DNA of 64,000 nt from Lepidodermella squamata (lineage: Eukaryota; Animalia; Gastrotricha), in contig JBLDXI010000024.1 of assembly GCA_047495785.1 (NCBI GenBank), positions 1,178,001 through 1,242,000 on the forward strand, written 5' to 3'. Shown here piece by piece: positions 47,439-60,473 of this stretch. The position numbers and the translations under genes are program-made. The notes beneath the pieces are model-generated. The model was given only the letters and a program-made list of their open reading frames with translations, was not told the origin of the DNA and searched no databases. Position 1 is the stretch's first letter, and the number at the start of each line of letters is the position of its first letter.

Positions 47439-50400
47439 TCAGCCTTTGTTCCGAGACAGAATTGAAATAGCAGACGCCGCTCTCTTGATCCAATCGACAA
47501 AGGCCGAGACTTTGGTGTAAACACCGGGTGCATTCGCTGCTCCGCAATCGAAGCCCCAGCTGAAAATGTTGTCATCAAGTTTTTCTGTTTTTTTGGGACA
47601 TGATTACCTGATCACTCCCTGCAATGTAAAAGCGCTGCCTTGAGGGCATACCAAAGGACCACCGCTGTCTCCTTGACAGGCATCCGTTCCACCCTATCCA
47701 AAACGAATTTTACTAGGAACAAATTGCATAAGAACGTGAATTGAACCTCTTCAAGATAGCCTGCGCAAATCATTCGATCAGTAAGCGCCATTTCCATTTT
47801 GTGACTGGAATTTCTACATCTTTCGTGACCGACTATTGGTACCTGAAACTTGGAGGTTAGAAAAAGGCTATACCAGAGAAATTACCAGAAAAACCTGAGC
47901 TTCTTTCAGATCTCCTTCTCCTGCCGAATTTTTCGTCTCGCCATAACCTGTTATCGAGCACATTGAACCGCTGATGACGTCTTCGCCCGATCTAGGCAGA
48001 CAAACTGGGAAAACGTGGCGATTGAAGCGAACAGGGGTCGATAGACGCAAAAGGGCAATATCATTATTGAACTTTCGGTTGAATTTATCTCCGTATTCGG
48101 GGTGAATTGTTATCGATGCGACTTTCAATGGGCCGACTTCAGTCTCCTCGCCTAAAGAACGGCGAATTTTCGCGAGGTAAATGCTCCAATATTGAGTGTC
48201 ACTTGACCTGGTTTATAAATATAACATGAAGTTTTACCGTAACGTAGTGTAACTGTGAAAAAAAATTATTTCCCAAGGTTATCGGTTCCGTATTGGTTCA
48301 AATAACCCCACTCACTAATAATTTCCCATCCGTGATAGTAGCCCAGGGCCATAGAGCCAAGTCGGTTCAAAATCATGAAATGAGCGATTTTCGAATAAAT
48401 TTACAATTATTTTTTAATTTCGAGTTTGAAACTTTAGTAGCCCGGGCTGCTACGGATACAAATAATATAAATACGGTAAATTTCGGATTTTTGCTTGAAA
48501 ATTCTGAAATTTCAGGCACAGGGGGCCAAGATGATTCCTGGATTTCCTGTAAATTCTGAGAATTATTACATTTTTACCCGATTTTTTGCAATTAAAAAAG
48601 CTGAACATTGAATTGAAAATTTTGCGGTTAAGTAAATATGTGCGCTCAGCGTTGCATAAAAATTCAAGTGCAAAGCCAAGAGAATTCCAAGTTTCTCCAT
48701 GTCCAAATTTATTACGGTAATTAACTAACGTTTCTTTGAAGCAATGAGCAGCGGTGAGGACATAATTAGCGCTGATCAAAGACCCGCCGCAAACATGCAA
48801 GTCGTTGAACCGGAGACTAGCTTGCCAAGGCCATACATCTGCGTTCGTGACTGAAACACCGCCCACTATTCGAGCTTTCTGTTCAGGCGGCGAATCCAAT
48901 GGCACAACTTCGATGCCGAATTCGTCGAATTCAGGTTCAGATGGAGCCAATCGACGCCGCCGAACCAATTGCTGTGCCATGGCGTAGTCGTTAGCCTCTC
49001 CGGCACTGATTCCACCTTTCAAACCGCATTTTCCAGCTGGGGATGTTAAATTGCCAATTAATTCAAAAATAGCGATCAATTTAGAAAAAATTATAATGCA
49101 AAGACTTCGAAAATTGGCACAAAACGCAATCTGAGAGGTTCAAAGGAATCATAGAATATATCCATCCCCAAAATTCTAATAAATTGAAAATTAATAATTA
49201 ATAAAATTGTAATAAAATTTCGCCAATTTATTAACTAGAAAATCCTGTGATAATCCAGCATTCGTTTTTCCCGAATTTAATTAAGTAGTCGAAACATTGA
49301 ACTCACAAGAAGCGTCGTAAAATTCAGGCTCGGGTGCCCTCGTCGTTGTCGCTTTCGGTCTATTGTCAATAATTATTATTCGTGGCTTTTCGGTTCTTGG
49401 CGGCTCAGTAACAGCAACCCTAGGTATTTCGTTATTAACCGGAATATAAATCGGCCGTTCGATTATCTGCGGTTGTTGTGGCACGACGTGATGAATCACC
49501 ACCTCACGAGGCGGCTGAGGGTAAACAGGTGGTGGCATTGTGGCTACAACGGGCGGGGGTGAAGGTAAGGTGAACATTTCAGGAGGCCTCCAGGTGAAAA
49601 TTGGCGGCATATTATTCGCGAAAGGATTGAAAGGTCGCCAAGCATTATCTTTTCCATCCTCGGGAAATATAGGCGGCTTCATGGTGTGATGAAAATTAGG
49701 CTGATGGTAGCCCCCAGGAAAAAACGGGTTATGGAAGTGTTGATGATTCATTCTCCCGTTATTCGGCCGATGGTGAAAACCGGCTGCATTACCCCAAGGA
49801 TTCCAAGGGTTGTTGCTATTGCTGTTATCATCGTCATCGCCATCCTTTGTGTTACCATTATTAGGTAAGCCAGAAGGTTGCCAAGGATTGAAGGCTTGGT
49901 GGTTATAGAAATTCGGGGCGTTAGGACCAAAGCCAGGTATTTGATCGCTATTGAATCCTCCTGATGGCCACGAGTTGTTTCTCGAACCGAAATTTGGGCT
50001 AAATCCGCCAAATTGGTTATTGAACCCTGGGAAATTATTCGGTCCGCCAAATTGCCCGGGATAAACCGGTCTATTGTTTCCACCGCTTTGCCATGGTTGC
50101 AGAGGGTTTCCTCCGAAATTTCCGATGTTGAAAGCATTCAGATTTCCTCCGACCTGGTTTGGTGAATCATCATCGTCATCATCATCATCGCCACCAGGGC
50201 GATGGCCAAATTTAGGGGCAAAAGGTCCGATTCCGAAGTGAGGATTGCCCATTTGACCGAAGCCATCTGGGCGACCGAAATGTTTGTTTTGTTTCGTTGC
50301 CCCGAAAGTTCCGGGGAAGCCGAACCCACCTGTGAGAAAGCTGTTACCAGGTTGCCCAACGCCATCCTGATTACCTCTTCCTTCATTATTTCCATAGCCC

Positions 50401-50940
50401 ATGGGATTTTCAAAACCACCGAAGCCGGCCAAGCCATTGATACCACCAAGAAAGTTACCGTTACCCCCAAAGCTACTTCCCAAGTTATTCTCGAATCCTC
50501 CCGGGGCCCGAGGTCCCATGTTCCCGAAACCCCCAATCCCGCCGTTGGCAAAACCACCCTGCCACATGTGACCTCCGAAGCCTCCGAAACCGCCGCCAGG
50601 ACCAGGACCATTAACATTACCAAAACCGCGGCCGAATCCGCCGTGGTTAGGATGATGATTATGGGAACCATGCCGATAATTCTTCGCTATTTCCTTGAGA
50701 TCGTTGCGAAAATGCTGGCTTCGATCGTTTGAACGTGCCTTCTCACCTGTTGCAGTAAGATATTTCAGCAATAAGGCTCAATTTTCAACTGAATTTTGTC
50801 CTGGAATTTAGCTTTGACTCGAAAAGCCCGAAAAAACTTCGAAAAATTGGTGAAAATTTACCGTGATTGGACGAAGCCTCGCTGAAATCGGCTGATAGAA
50901 TTAACATAGCGACTAGAAAGACCTTAATTTTGGCGGTCAT
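47439..50940 (-). CDS. Secreted S1 serine protease with a long G/F/N/P-rich low-complexity N-terminus
   Basis: Signal exon [22 protein letters not shown], a large low-complexity exon (~49308-50746), GKCG and R-IVGG activation site. Motifs [39 protein letters not shown] and PGVYTKV are spread over ~7 exons. Confidence 0.88.
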
Positions 50941-51292
50941 TTGGAGATTTTCGATACAATAGAATCATTTTATTTATTTTTATTTCAACTGCGGTGGCGA
51001 TTACTCATAACACATGTATTTACTCAACCTGCTCTTTGCCTAGGAAAATTGATAATTTGTTCACCTGCTGGTAGTAGGTGAAATTATTTTATTCTGGTTT
51101 TTAGCTCTAAAAATTTCCGGTGTTTATATTAAATTTCAATAACATTTGTTGACACGTGCGAATTTTTGAAATTTTTAAAAATGATCACGCGAATAAGAAG
51201 AACGCGTGCCGTTTAAATGTTAACGTTGGACAAGTATTAATTTTTTTTCTATTTCGTGGCTCATTCTTTTGTCATTTTCATTCAAATTTTAC

Positions 51293-53960
51293 ATGGCGGG
51301 CAGTGATGAAGTTCTCGCCCTGTTGATCTCGCAGGATCTGGGCCAATTCTTCGAGAAAATTCGCGACGACCTTCTAGTCACCCGTCTCTGCCATTTCGAA
51401 GATGTTAAAGCAAAGGACTTGACTCGAATCGGCATGTCAGACCCGGCGGTTCGCCGGCTGTTAAAAGCCGCGAAACAGCAAAGTGCTACCTCGTCGCCGG
51501 CCTCAGGTAAAGGCAGCCCCATCTCAATTTTCGCGACAATTCGGCAAAAAATTAACAACTCAAAACGGCCGAGTGTTGTGCCGTCGAAAAATTGCGATGA
51601 TTTTACATTAACAAGACCGAGCTCGAAAGCATCGAGCAACGGCCCGACTTCGGCGTGTATCATACCCGCGAATGACCTTGAACTTTACGAGACGATTGGC
51701 ACCGGTAATTTCGGCCTCGTTCGACGTGCTGTGTGGCGCCGGTCTGGCGGCCAAGGTGGCGATCAAATTGTTGCGGTTAAAATTTTGCGCGTCGACATTG
51801 CCGCCGATAAACAGGTCCTGATCGACTTAGTTCGCGAAGTTCAAGTCATGCATAAACTGGACCATCCTAATCTACTGAAGCTACACGGCGTTTGCTTCGA
51901 CTCGCAAAACATGCTCATCACCGAGTTGGCCCCAGTCGGTTGTTTAGTTCAGTACCTTCGCGGTAAAAAAGATGCGATCCTTGTCACGAAAATTTTGTCA
52001 TTCGCGCGGCAACTGGCCAATGCGTTGGATTACCTGGAGACTAGGAAATTTATTCATCGCGACATTGCTTGCCGAAATGTCTTGCTAGCCAATGAAGATA
52101 CTATCAAACTTGGCGATTTCGGACTGGCGAGGATTCTACCTACTGATGATGTACCCGAAAAGCGTGATATTTTTAATCTAAATTGCTAATTTTTTCAAAT
52201 TTTCAAATTTTTAAAATTAATAAAAATTAATAAAAAGGCACTAAAAAATCAGGAACAAATTCTAAAAAATTCTAAAAATGCACATGAGTATCGACAATTA
52301 GCTGTCTAACCTTTGGCTTCAATTTCAGATTTTTATGTCAAAATATTTTTTTAAATTATTTTTTAAAAGCATAAATTATTCTTCAATGCTCCTTGCATTA
52401 TTTTTTCAGTCTAATTTTTTCAACAGATTTTTACTCATTTTTAGGCTCACTACGTTTCGCACTATCAATGCAAAATTCCGTTCGCTTGGTCGGCGCCGGA
52501 AAGCTTGAAATACCGCGAATTCACTCACGCCTCGGACACGTGGATGTACGGTGTTGCAGTTTGGGAAATGTTCACATTTGGCGAGGATCCATGGCGCGGG
52601 CTTAAAGCCACCGAGGTTCTCGAAGAGGTCGAAGCTAGACGGCGGCTTAGCAAGCCAATCCGCTGCCCCATTTCGATCTACCAAATGATGCTTCAATGCT
52701 GGCGGTCTGACCCAGAAAATCGACCTACTTTCGCCGCTATTATTGAATACTTGGCACTGAGAGAATTTATCGAGGTCAAAACAGTTGCGAACTACGTCGA
52801 TACTGGCGATGAGCACAAATTAAAATTCGACAAGGGCGATAAAATTATTGTCATCGATGGGCCAAGTGAAAAAAGGTGCAAAACAAATAATTTGAGGTGG
52901 ATTTTTTTATTTTATTTTTTATTATTTTTTATTTTTAGATGGTGGCTCGGTCAGAATAAGCGAACAATGCAATGTGGTTATTTTCTTCGCGCTTCAATCG
53001 AAGTTCCTCGCGAACTGACGAAGGAAGATATCAGCCGGCCGTTACCCGGCACTTTTGTCCACAACAACCGGACAGATAGCCGAACGCAGCGAGCCGCTTT
53101 AGTCGACATTCCAACGCCAGCGTCAGAACTGAGCGATAATTACACAACGCTGGAAAGCGGCGAGCTGGCGATGGTTATCCATCCGACGTCACTTCGCACC
53201 CGGAAACATGTCTCGAGCCGGTCGAAAGTCAGCGAGAGTTCGGAGGTTTCGATCAGACCTACCGCGCCACCTGTGCCCTCGACGTTTCTCGACGCCCAGC
53301 AATTACCGCTATTTCAGCCACCGGCAGGGCAGGACTACGCTAATTCTACAATGAACCGCGTTAATGGCAACATTTATTTCAACGAGAAGACACAAATTTT
53401 CGGGCCGAATGGGGAACATCGGGATTTATTGGAATTTTCGCGAAATAGCTCACCCTCCTGCAAAAGCTCAGACGATTGGGCGCTGGAGACAACGCAAAGC
53501 AGCGGTAAAGTATCGGCGAAATCAACGCCGAGCAAGTCTTTGACGCGATCTCCGGCTAAATATTTTCGAGATCTCCTGAACAGCGCGTTGGGAAAACGCG
53601 GTTCGGTCAACGCGTCGCCCAAGTCGAAAAATTCACCGTCTCAACCGTCGTCGCGAACTTCGCCTACGCCGAACCCGGCTTCGGAGCCGATTTTTGCGAG
53701 TCAACGGCTTTTTTCTCAGATTGGCGGTTCCAGGTTCAGTTTAGCAACAGAGCCGAATGAAAGCATGCATCCTATCACATCGTCGACCCCAGCCCTGAGA
53801 AAGGTTTCGGTTTTTAGTTATCGCAGTTGATGAAATAAAAACTTGATTATTTCACCAGGTAACGGACAACGTTAGCCCACACCAGAATATGCTGGTTGCC
53901 GAACTCGTTAAAAAAGTCCGAGGCCGTCGAATTTCATCGAGCATCGCTGATCAAGAATGA
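51293..53960 (+). CDS. TNK2: ACK-family non-receptor tyrosine kinase (SAM-kinase-SH3-CRIB-like)
   Basis: SAM-like LLVTRLCHFEDVKAKDLTRIGMSDPAVRRLL, then GTGNFG, HRDIACRN, KIPFAWSAPESLKYREFTHASDTW, SH3 WWLGQNKRT and CRIB-like ISRPLPGTFVH. Three GT-AG introns. Confidence 0.88.
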
Positions 53961-55798
53961 CATTATATTATTGTAAAACGTGTTATTATTTTCTGCTCAC
54001 ATTAATTAGCACTGAATTTTTTTCTCGAAATAAAGTTTTGATTTTTCTAAATAAAAACAGCGATAAGCCCTTTTTGTTTCTTGTTTGAATTAGTTTAAAA
54101 TGACAGCGAGTCCAAGAAACGCAAGCAAAGAAAATATACGGAAAAGGCGGGATCAGAACCCTAAATAGATAGACGAAGTCACATCTCATGGCTAGAAAAT
54201 TTTTTGGAAAAATTCAAAAAATCTCGAGAATAGTAATCAAGTATGCCCATGGTAAGCGGGATAAAAAAAAGTCCGGAGAAATTCGGTCCAGCAGGGTAAA
54301 ATACCGAAAATTTCCGAACCGGTTACCATCGGGGTTTTCCGGGTTTTCTCCGGTAAATTCTGCATTTCTTCGGTTAAACCGCGGATAAAAGATGGAATAT
54401 TCTCTTGGTAGGTTTAATTTAAAAATATGAGTCTAATCTCCTACATATAGAATAGCAAATTACCCTCTAATTGTCCAAAGTCAGCCAAAAACATTTCAAT
54501 TTGCCAAAAATCAGTTAATTATGGAAGAATTCTCAAAATTTGCGGTAAATTCAAGAATCACCCTGCCTTTGGTGTAAATTTCAGAAATTTATGGGCAAAT
54601 TCTGATTTTAATGCTCAGGAAACACCAAAGATACCCCTCGATACGGTATTTTTCCAACTTTGAAAATCGCTCCACTTGGAATTGCCAGTGAGATTTGTCA
54701 CTGTGCCCACAGAAGAAGTAATCGACCACGCTCTTTCAAATGTTGCTATCCGATTCTGCGTAGGATTCGCGGATTTTGCGCTACAGGTAAAAATGGGCAT
54801 AGCACACTGCACTTTTTGCGAAAATAATTGTTTTGCGGGCGGCTCGAGTTCGTTTCTTCGCGGCCACCAAATTTTTAATGCTCTGATTTTCAATTTTTAT
54901 TTTTTATTATTTGATAATATGAGCTAATTGCAAAAAATGGTCGCAAATAATAATTTTTACGATGCATTCATTTTTTGCGTGGACTTGGCTCCATGCTGTG
55001 GACATGCTGTGGACATAGACCGTCGAAAAAATGACCTCGTAAAACGACGAACCCAGTGGCAAGTGGACATAGCTCTGTTGATCTCTGATGAATTCTGAAA
55101 CCGGGTTTTCAAATTATTGAAGAGAGCGATGAGTAGATGATAACGAATCCGTAAAAAAAACCATTTTCGGCCGGGTGTGGACAGCACTTTTTTCCGCGCG
55201 CACGGCGAAATAAAAACGCAAACCTAAATCCTGCAAAGAGTTGCCTATTCAACGATGACGCTGACGACATTATTTTTGATTGAAACAAACCCATAAACGG
55301 TCTTTGTAATTGAAACAACCTTTGAAACGTGGCAGAATATTGCGTTCAAGTCCACCGATCGCTGACTGAATATTTCATATGATCACTGTTTGACTAATGA
55401 CGAATACTTCAAATATAACGACGCATTATACATGTTCAATAATTTCAATTTTTAACGCCTGAATTTATTCACAACACTAAAGGAGTGGGTTAGATCGCAA
55501 CTCAATATATCTTGTAGAATGAAAATGAGTAAAATGGCAATATTTGGTATAGCAAATTTATTATTTTTTATTTAAGGAACCATAACGCCAAGACGAGGAC
55601 AGCTCAAAAATTATTGTGTTTACGTCAAAGCACACGATCTTCGCATCGCGCGCCAGCTATATTTGCGCCGTAAACCATTGTCGCACTTGTAAATGTTACG
55701 TAACACTTGAAAAATGTGGCTACTTAAGCCGACTGAATTTGCTAGCAATTATTATCAGCAATCGAAACCCTGAATCTACGCTTGTCGCTAATATTTTA

Positions 55799-56094
55799 CC
55801 GTAATTTTCAGTATAAAAGCCACGGCGAGTAATTTATCTGTTTTTATTCGAGAAATCGGTATAAAATGCGGCGATTATTTAGGTGCGGCCCTAATTTTTC
55901 CCGAGTTATTTAGTCACCTCCCGACTCACCTATAAGGAATCTATTAGCATATTTGTGAGGGTGTTTTAAGGTGGTTGAGAGCTAGTCGCTTGAGACTTGC
56001 GCTGATTAAACTTTATTAACGCTCAAAGCTAGAAACAAGGGGTGATTTTGCGGCCATTTTTCGGCCAGCGGCCTTCTTATACTGAAAATTACGG
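55799..56094. mobile_element. Tc1/mariner-type MITE (~300 bp)
   Basis: TIRs ccgtaattttcagtataa and ttatactgaaaattacgg flanked by TA on both sides. Confidence 0.75.
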
Positions 56095-56881
56095 TATTAC
56101 TTACTGTTCGACCCGCGCTTCACTTTCTTGCGGCTAAAGAGCGGAAAAATAGCCGGAAGCTTTCGCGCCTAGTTGTCGACATTGCTAGCAGTAATTAACT
56201 TAGCCCTTCGACGGACTTTTTTCATTTTTGCGTGCTCACATAATTGAACACAAAGAAAAAAGTCGATCGATTAATTGAAAAACTATTTTTAATCGGCTCG
56301 TATCGAGAGCCGGGATAAAGCCAGACCCATTAGACATCAACCATTCTCAAAAACAAGGCTTATTTTATTTTGAGTGAGGTGCGGAGCCGAAATAAGCAGC
56401 TAGCCTTTTCGGAAATTCTATTATTAGTGTTTTATCGTAATATATGATAAAAGCGTAAGGAAACGCCCGGCGCACACAACATAGTTCATGCGCGCGCGCT
56501 GGCTAGCATCAATAGAACGTAATATTTCACTATGCGCGCCAACTACCGTATCAACTCGTCTAAATGATAAATACAACACTCTCTAAACAATTAATTTTTT
56601 TCTGTTTTATTCTACCAAAACTACCTTTGTATTAGGATCTTTCGTTTAAATCTTAATCAACATTAAATTCCATAGTTTTAAAGCCGAAAATAGAAAAAAA
56701 TTAATGTAGCTCGAATAAAATCTTTTTCCTTCTCAGAATATTCTAGACTACGTATTGACCGGCTTTTGCACAATCGCGTATAACGTGTGTATACATATAG
56801 GCCTGTTTCGTGAATTGCGTTCAGTGTATAATTTTGCTATTGCATATACGATCATTTTCCGAAGGAAAACCTAAGCTAAAA

Positions 56882-57117
56882 ATGGGTACGTTTCTCCGTT
56901 TTGCACCTATATTTCAATCGGAAATGACTGAAATTTTTTCTTCAATCTAGGCAAGGACAAGGGAAGCAAAGACAAGGGAGCTGCCAAGGGTGCCCCGCCC
57001 AAGGAGGAAGCCCCCAAGAAAGAGGCCGCCAAGAAGGAGACCGGCGGAAAGAGTAAGTTTGACTTTCTGATTTTCATCCTAACAATTCTAATAATTTCAA
57101 TTTTTTTAGAGAAATAA
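56882..57117 (+). CDS. Spliced 37-aa Lys/Ala/Glu-rich microprotein MGKDKGSKDKGAAKGAPPKEEAPKKEAAKKETGGKKK
   Basis: ATGG|gtacg...tctag| 102-nt exon |gtaag...tttag|AGAAATAA. The two canonical introns (56886-56950, 57053-57109) restore the frame, and the codons are G/C-ending in an AT-rich background. Confidence 0.8.
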
Positions 57118-58975
57118 TCGATGGATGAGGCTCTGCGGTGCGAATATTTCGACGCTTGAATATGTTTTCATCATAACAATTCGACCTCACTTTGACCTTC
57201 TCCAGGTATATTTACGTGTGTAATATGCTTGGAGAGGAGATTGTTTTCTTGAATTTTTAGACGTACAACTTAGTGTACTGAATTTTGTATTAATTTTCAC
57301 GCTGTCTTGATGATCGCAGAGCAGTAATTCTTGCATTACTTATCTGTTATTGAGCTCATGAACATCTTTGTCATTTATACATGCGATTATAAAGCTGTAT
57401 TTGCGTCAATCTCTTTAACATGAAAGCTATATTGGACAATAAAATTTACAAAATTTATGTTGCTAGTTACGTTGTTTCTGATGAGTCACTTGGTATCTAT
57501 GCAAATTATCTGTCTAGGTATGCTTTGTTCTCTTGATTAAAGCGGCAATTAGGCGCCGGCGCCGTGAGAGCAATAATTATCTGAATCATTCAGACAGGGT
57601 GCACACGTCAATGATGCTTTCGACCTCACAATGCCCTTGAAAGTCAAAACCAAAAAATGAATAAGATCTTTCTGGAAAATCGGCAGTGATGAAGAGAATA
57701 ATTAGCAAGCAATGGTAGCCCTATAATTCAAAGCATGGGCCCAGATTTCCAGATTCCAGCCTACAAGGAGAAATTACTAGGTTATTTCCTGTTTGATGAT
57801 ATCAGGCATTTTTCGCAGAAAATATCAGCAGGCTTACGAAGACATTTTAACATGAAATTTTATATAATATGAAATCGCTCAATTGAGCGGAAAAAAATTT
57901 GACCGGAAGCGGAACCAGTTTTGAATACGGTAGAAGATGCCATTTCAAAGTCATGGGAATCTCATAATTAATTGAAAATGAAAAATAAATTACCGTAAAA
58001 ATTTGCAAAATTTCCTGTGCAAGATATCATCGTCACTTTGAGATCACTGAGTTATTCTTGATTTTACTCCGAAATTATTCAAGAAAATGTAATTTTTTTA
58101 GTTTGAGTTTGGCTCCATAAGGTTTTCAAATTGGTTCCGCTGCGACATTCTATGGATTTTTTATGCTTTTATTCGTCATGGATTTCAAAGAATGGATTTC
58201 CAGAATTCTTTTAGCAGAACCAACACGTTGCGGAACCTAATTTTAGATAAGCAAAAGGTCCCTTTTCGAATATTTCTACGAAATTAGGGCAATGTATTAA
58301 TTCTATAGTAAAGAATGCGTCTTATACAGAATTTTACGACGAATTTAATGATAATTTATTTTAAATTTCGCTGATCAATCACGACATCATTTAACGTTTC
58401 GAAAAGTCTTTTTAGAAACGAAATTTAAAAATCCAACATTTTTTCCACCTAAAGGCTAGACCCTAAGAACATGCTTAGAATTTCTGAAAAGGGGGTTTCA
58501 GGCCCACAAAATATTCCAAATTTTGATTCCGCTACAGCAAATGTTGGTTCCGCTCACCGTAAATTTGGTTCCGGTAACAGAAGGACCCATTCTTATGACA
58601 TGACCATCGAAATCGAAATACATCAAGTATCAATGCCACCTTACATCAAGAATTTCCTTCGACGACTTGATTAGGAAAATGTTCATGAGCTTTTTAGTCG
58701 AATAATGAGGCTGGTACCTGGATTCATGGCAATTTCCTAACAGAAAATATTTGTAAAAAGGCAGAGAGCGAAATTCAATTGTCAATTATTTTATTTTTTT
58801 GTTCATGATTTTTCGTCTTTTTTCTAAAAAAATTGGACTATGGACAGTTTTTGCATCACGTCGCAGCGGTGATGATATAATGCAATATAACATCATCGAC
58901 AGATTCAATAGAATTGGAATAATCTATATAAGCCGAGCTAGAAATTTCATATCTATAACTGCCATGTCGCATGGA

Positions 58976-59497
58976 TCACTTCCTAGACTTGAACGTGTCG
59001 TTAAGAATGAACGGCCGTTTTGTCACCGGCTTCCTCACGCCACCTTTGCCATTGTTATTATTATTATGAGCCAGTCGCTTCAATAGCGTGCGCTCGAGGC
59101 CTAGCCGGAGAAGAGCGGTGCTGAGAGGGTTTGAACGCGGCTTTTTATGCGCCTTGGGCATAACGACTAGAAAAGCCTGGTCTGATATAGGCACAACCTG
59201 CGTTTCTTCTTCCTGCTCCTGCTCGACTACGTCAAACAACTTCGGCTCGTCTTCAAGTAGTTCTTCATCGGTGTACTCGTCATCAGCGCCATTTAGCTCG
59301 TCGACCAGCTTCAATAAATTCTCAGTCCTATCATCGGTTTCGAGCAATTTCTAAAATAAAAAATTGAATTATTCGTATAATTAAGGCAAATTTTTGATTC
59401 GACTTACGCTTATCGGAGAGGCTTGAGCAGAGTGACTAATGGCCAAACAGATCGCTAGCATAGCGAAGGCCGTAGCGATGGTTGAAAGATTCGTCAT
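58976..59497 (-). CDS. Secreted prohormone/neuropeptide precursor-like protein (154 aa, 2 exons)
   Basis: Signal exon MTNLSTIATAFAMLAICLAISHSAQA (59408-59497) and a phase-0 intron, then an acidic pro-region and basic sites KKPR, KR, GK, RK, KR. TATA at 59587-59594. Confidence 0.8.
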
Positions 59498-60092
59498 TTC
59501 TCACTATATTGTTTGATATGGTGCAATTGTTTTATCTTGTTGTAAGTAAAAGCTATTCGTGTCAAAAATTGCGTCGGTTGGCCGCGTATTTATAGACGCA
59601 AATGATTCACCACGCCGTATTTGGCCTGCAACCGGATCGCTATAACTGCGTGGTCGTATCATTGTGTTGATGACGCAATACTAGGTAGGTTGGCCGACTG
59701 CGAGAGTGTAAGCTGAGCTATTAGTCGCGACGAAAAAAAACGACTTTTTCTGAACGAAATCATACACGCTATTGTTTACTCACCGCACACACCGGGCGTC
59801 CACAAGTCACGTCATTTAGCCCCTGACGGCCCTAATTTTGATAATAAAACGCGATAATCTCAGTTGAGTATTTCACGGAAAAGGTGCGATTTTTTGTACG
59901 AATTTTAGCATATATATCAGCCGACAGAGCACGTCTAGACGCGTCGATTGATATACAGCCCAAAATGATTTTTCAGGCAAGGCTAAACCCCGTTTTTTAC
60001 TTGATAAGCGTTATTTATCTATTTCCTAATCATCTCACCTGTGTTGTGCGTAGTTTTTTCCACGCCACGTCATCGGACGAGAATTTTTTTTA

Positions 60093-60473
60093 TTACAACC
60101 GCTCGGTCATCGGCATTGTAATTGATAGCACGTCGGTACGAAGCTGCTGCTGCTGCTGCTGCTGCAACATAGTGTTGCTCGACAAACTTGGCGACATGCC
60201 AAGGAATCCCAGGTCATTGCTCAGTTTAATCACAGTCGGGTCGGCTAGTTCGTAGTCACTAGTTAACAGGCGTTTACACCGCTTGAAAGGCAGCGCGAAT
60301 ACGAGCAGGATGCCGATTATGTGGCCGACAAATAGCCCAACGACAACCCCGGTCGCCGTGCCGTTGCCAGCGTTTGTGTTGAACGATGGGCCAATTAGCG
60401 CGCCGATTATTGCGAAGACGATCATCGAACCGACGCACAGCCCGATAACGTAATAAATCGACGCGTGATGCAT
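60093..60473 (-). CDS. Small two-TM membrane protein with a polyQ tail, unknown function
   Basis: 126-aa ORF with two clear hydrophobic helices followed by a basic stop-transfer segment (KRCKR) and a (CAG)n run. No family recognised. Confidence 0.5.
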   Translation of the reverse strand: MHHASIYYVIGLCVGSMIVFAIIGALIGPSFNTNAGNGTATGVVVGLFVGHIIGILLVFALPFKRCKRLLTSDYELADPTVIKLSNDLGFLGMSPSLSSNTMLQQQQQQQLRTDVLSITMPMTERL

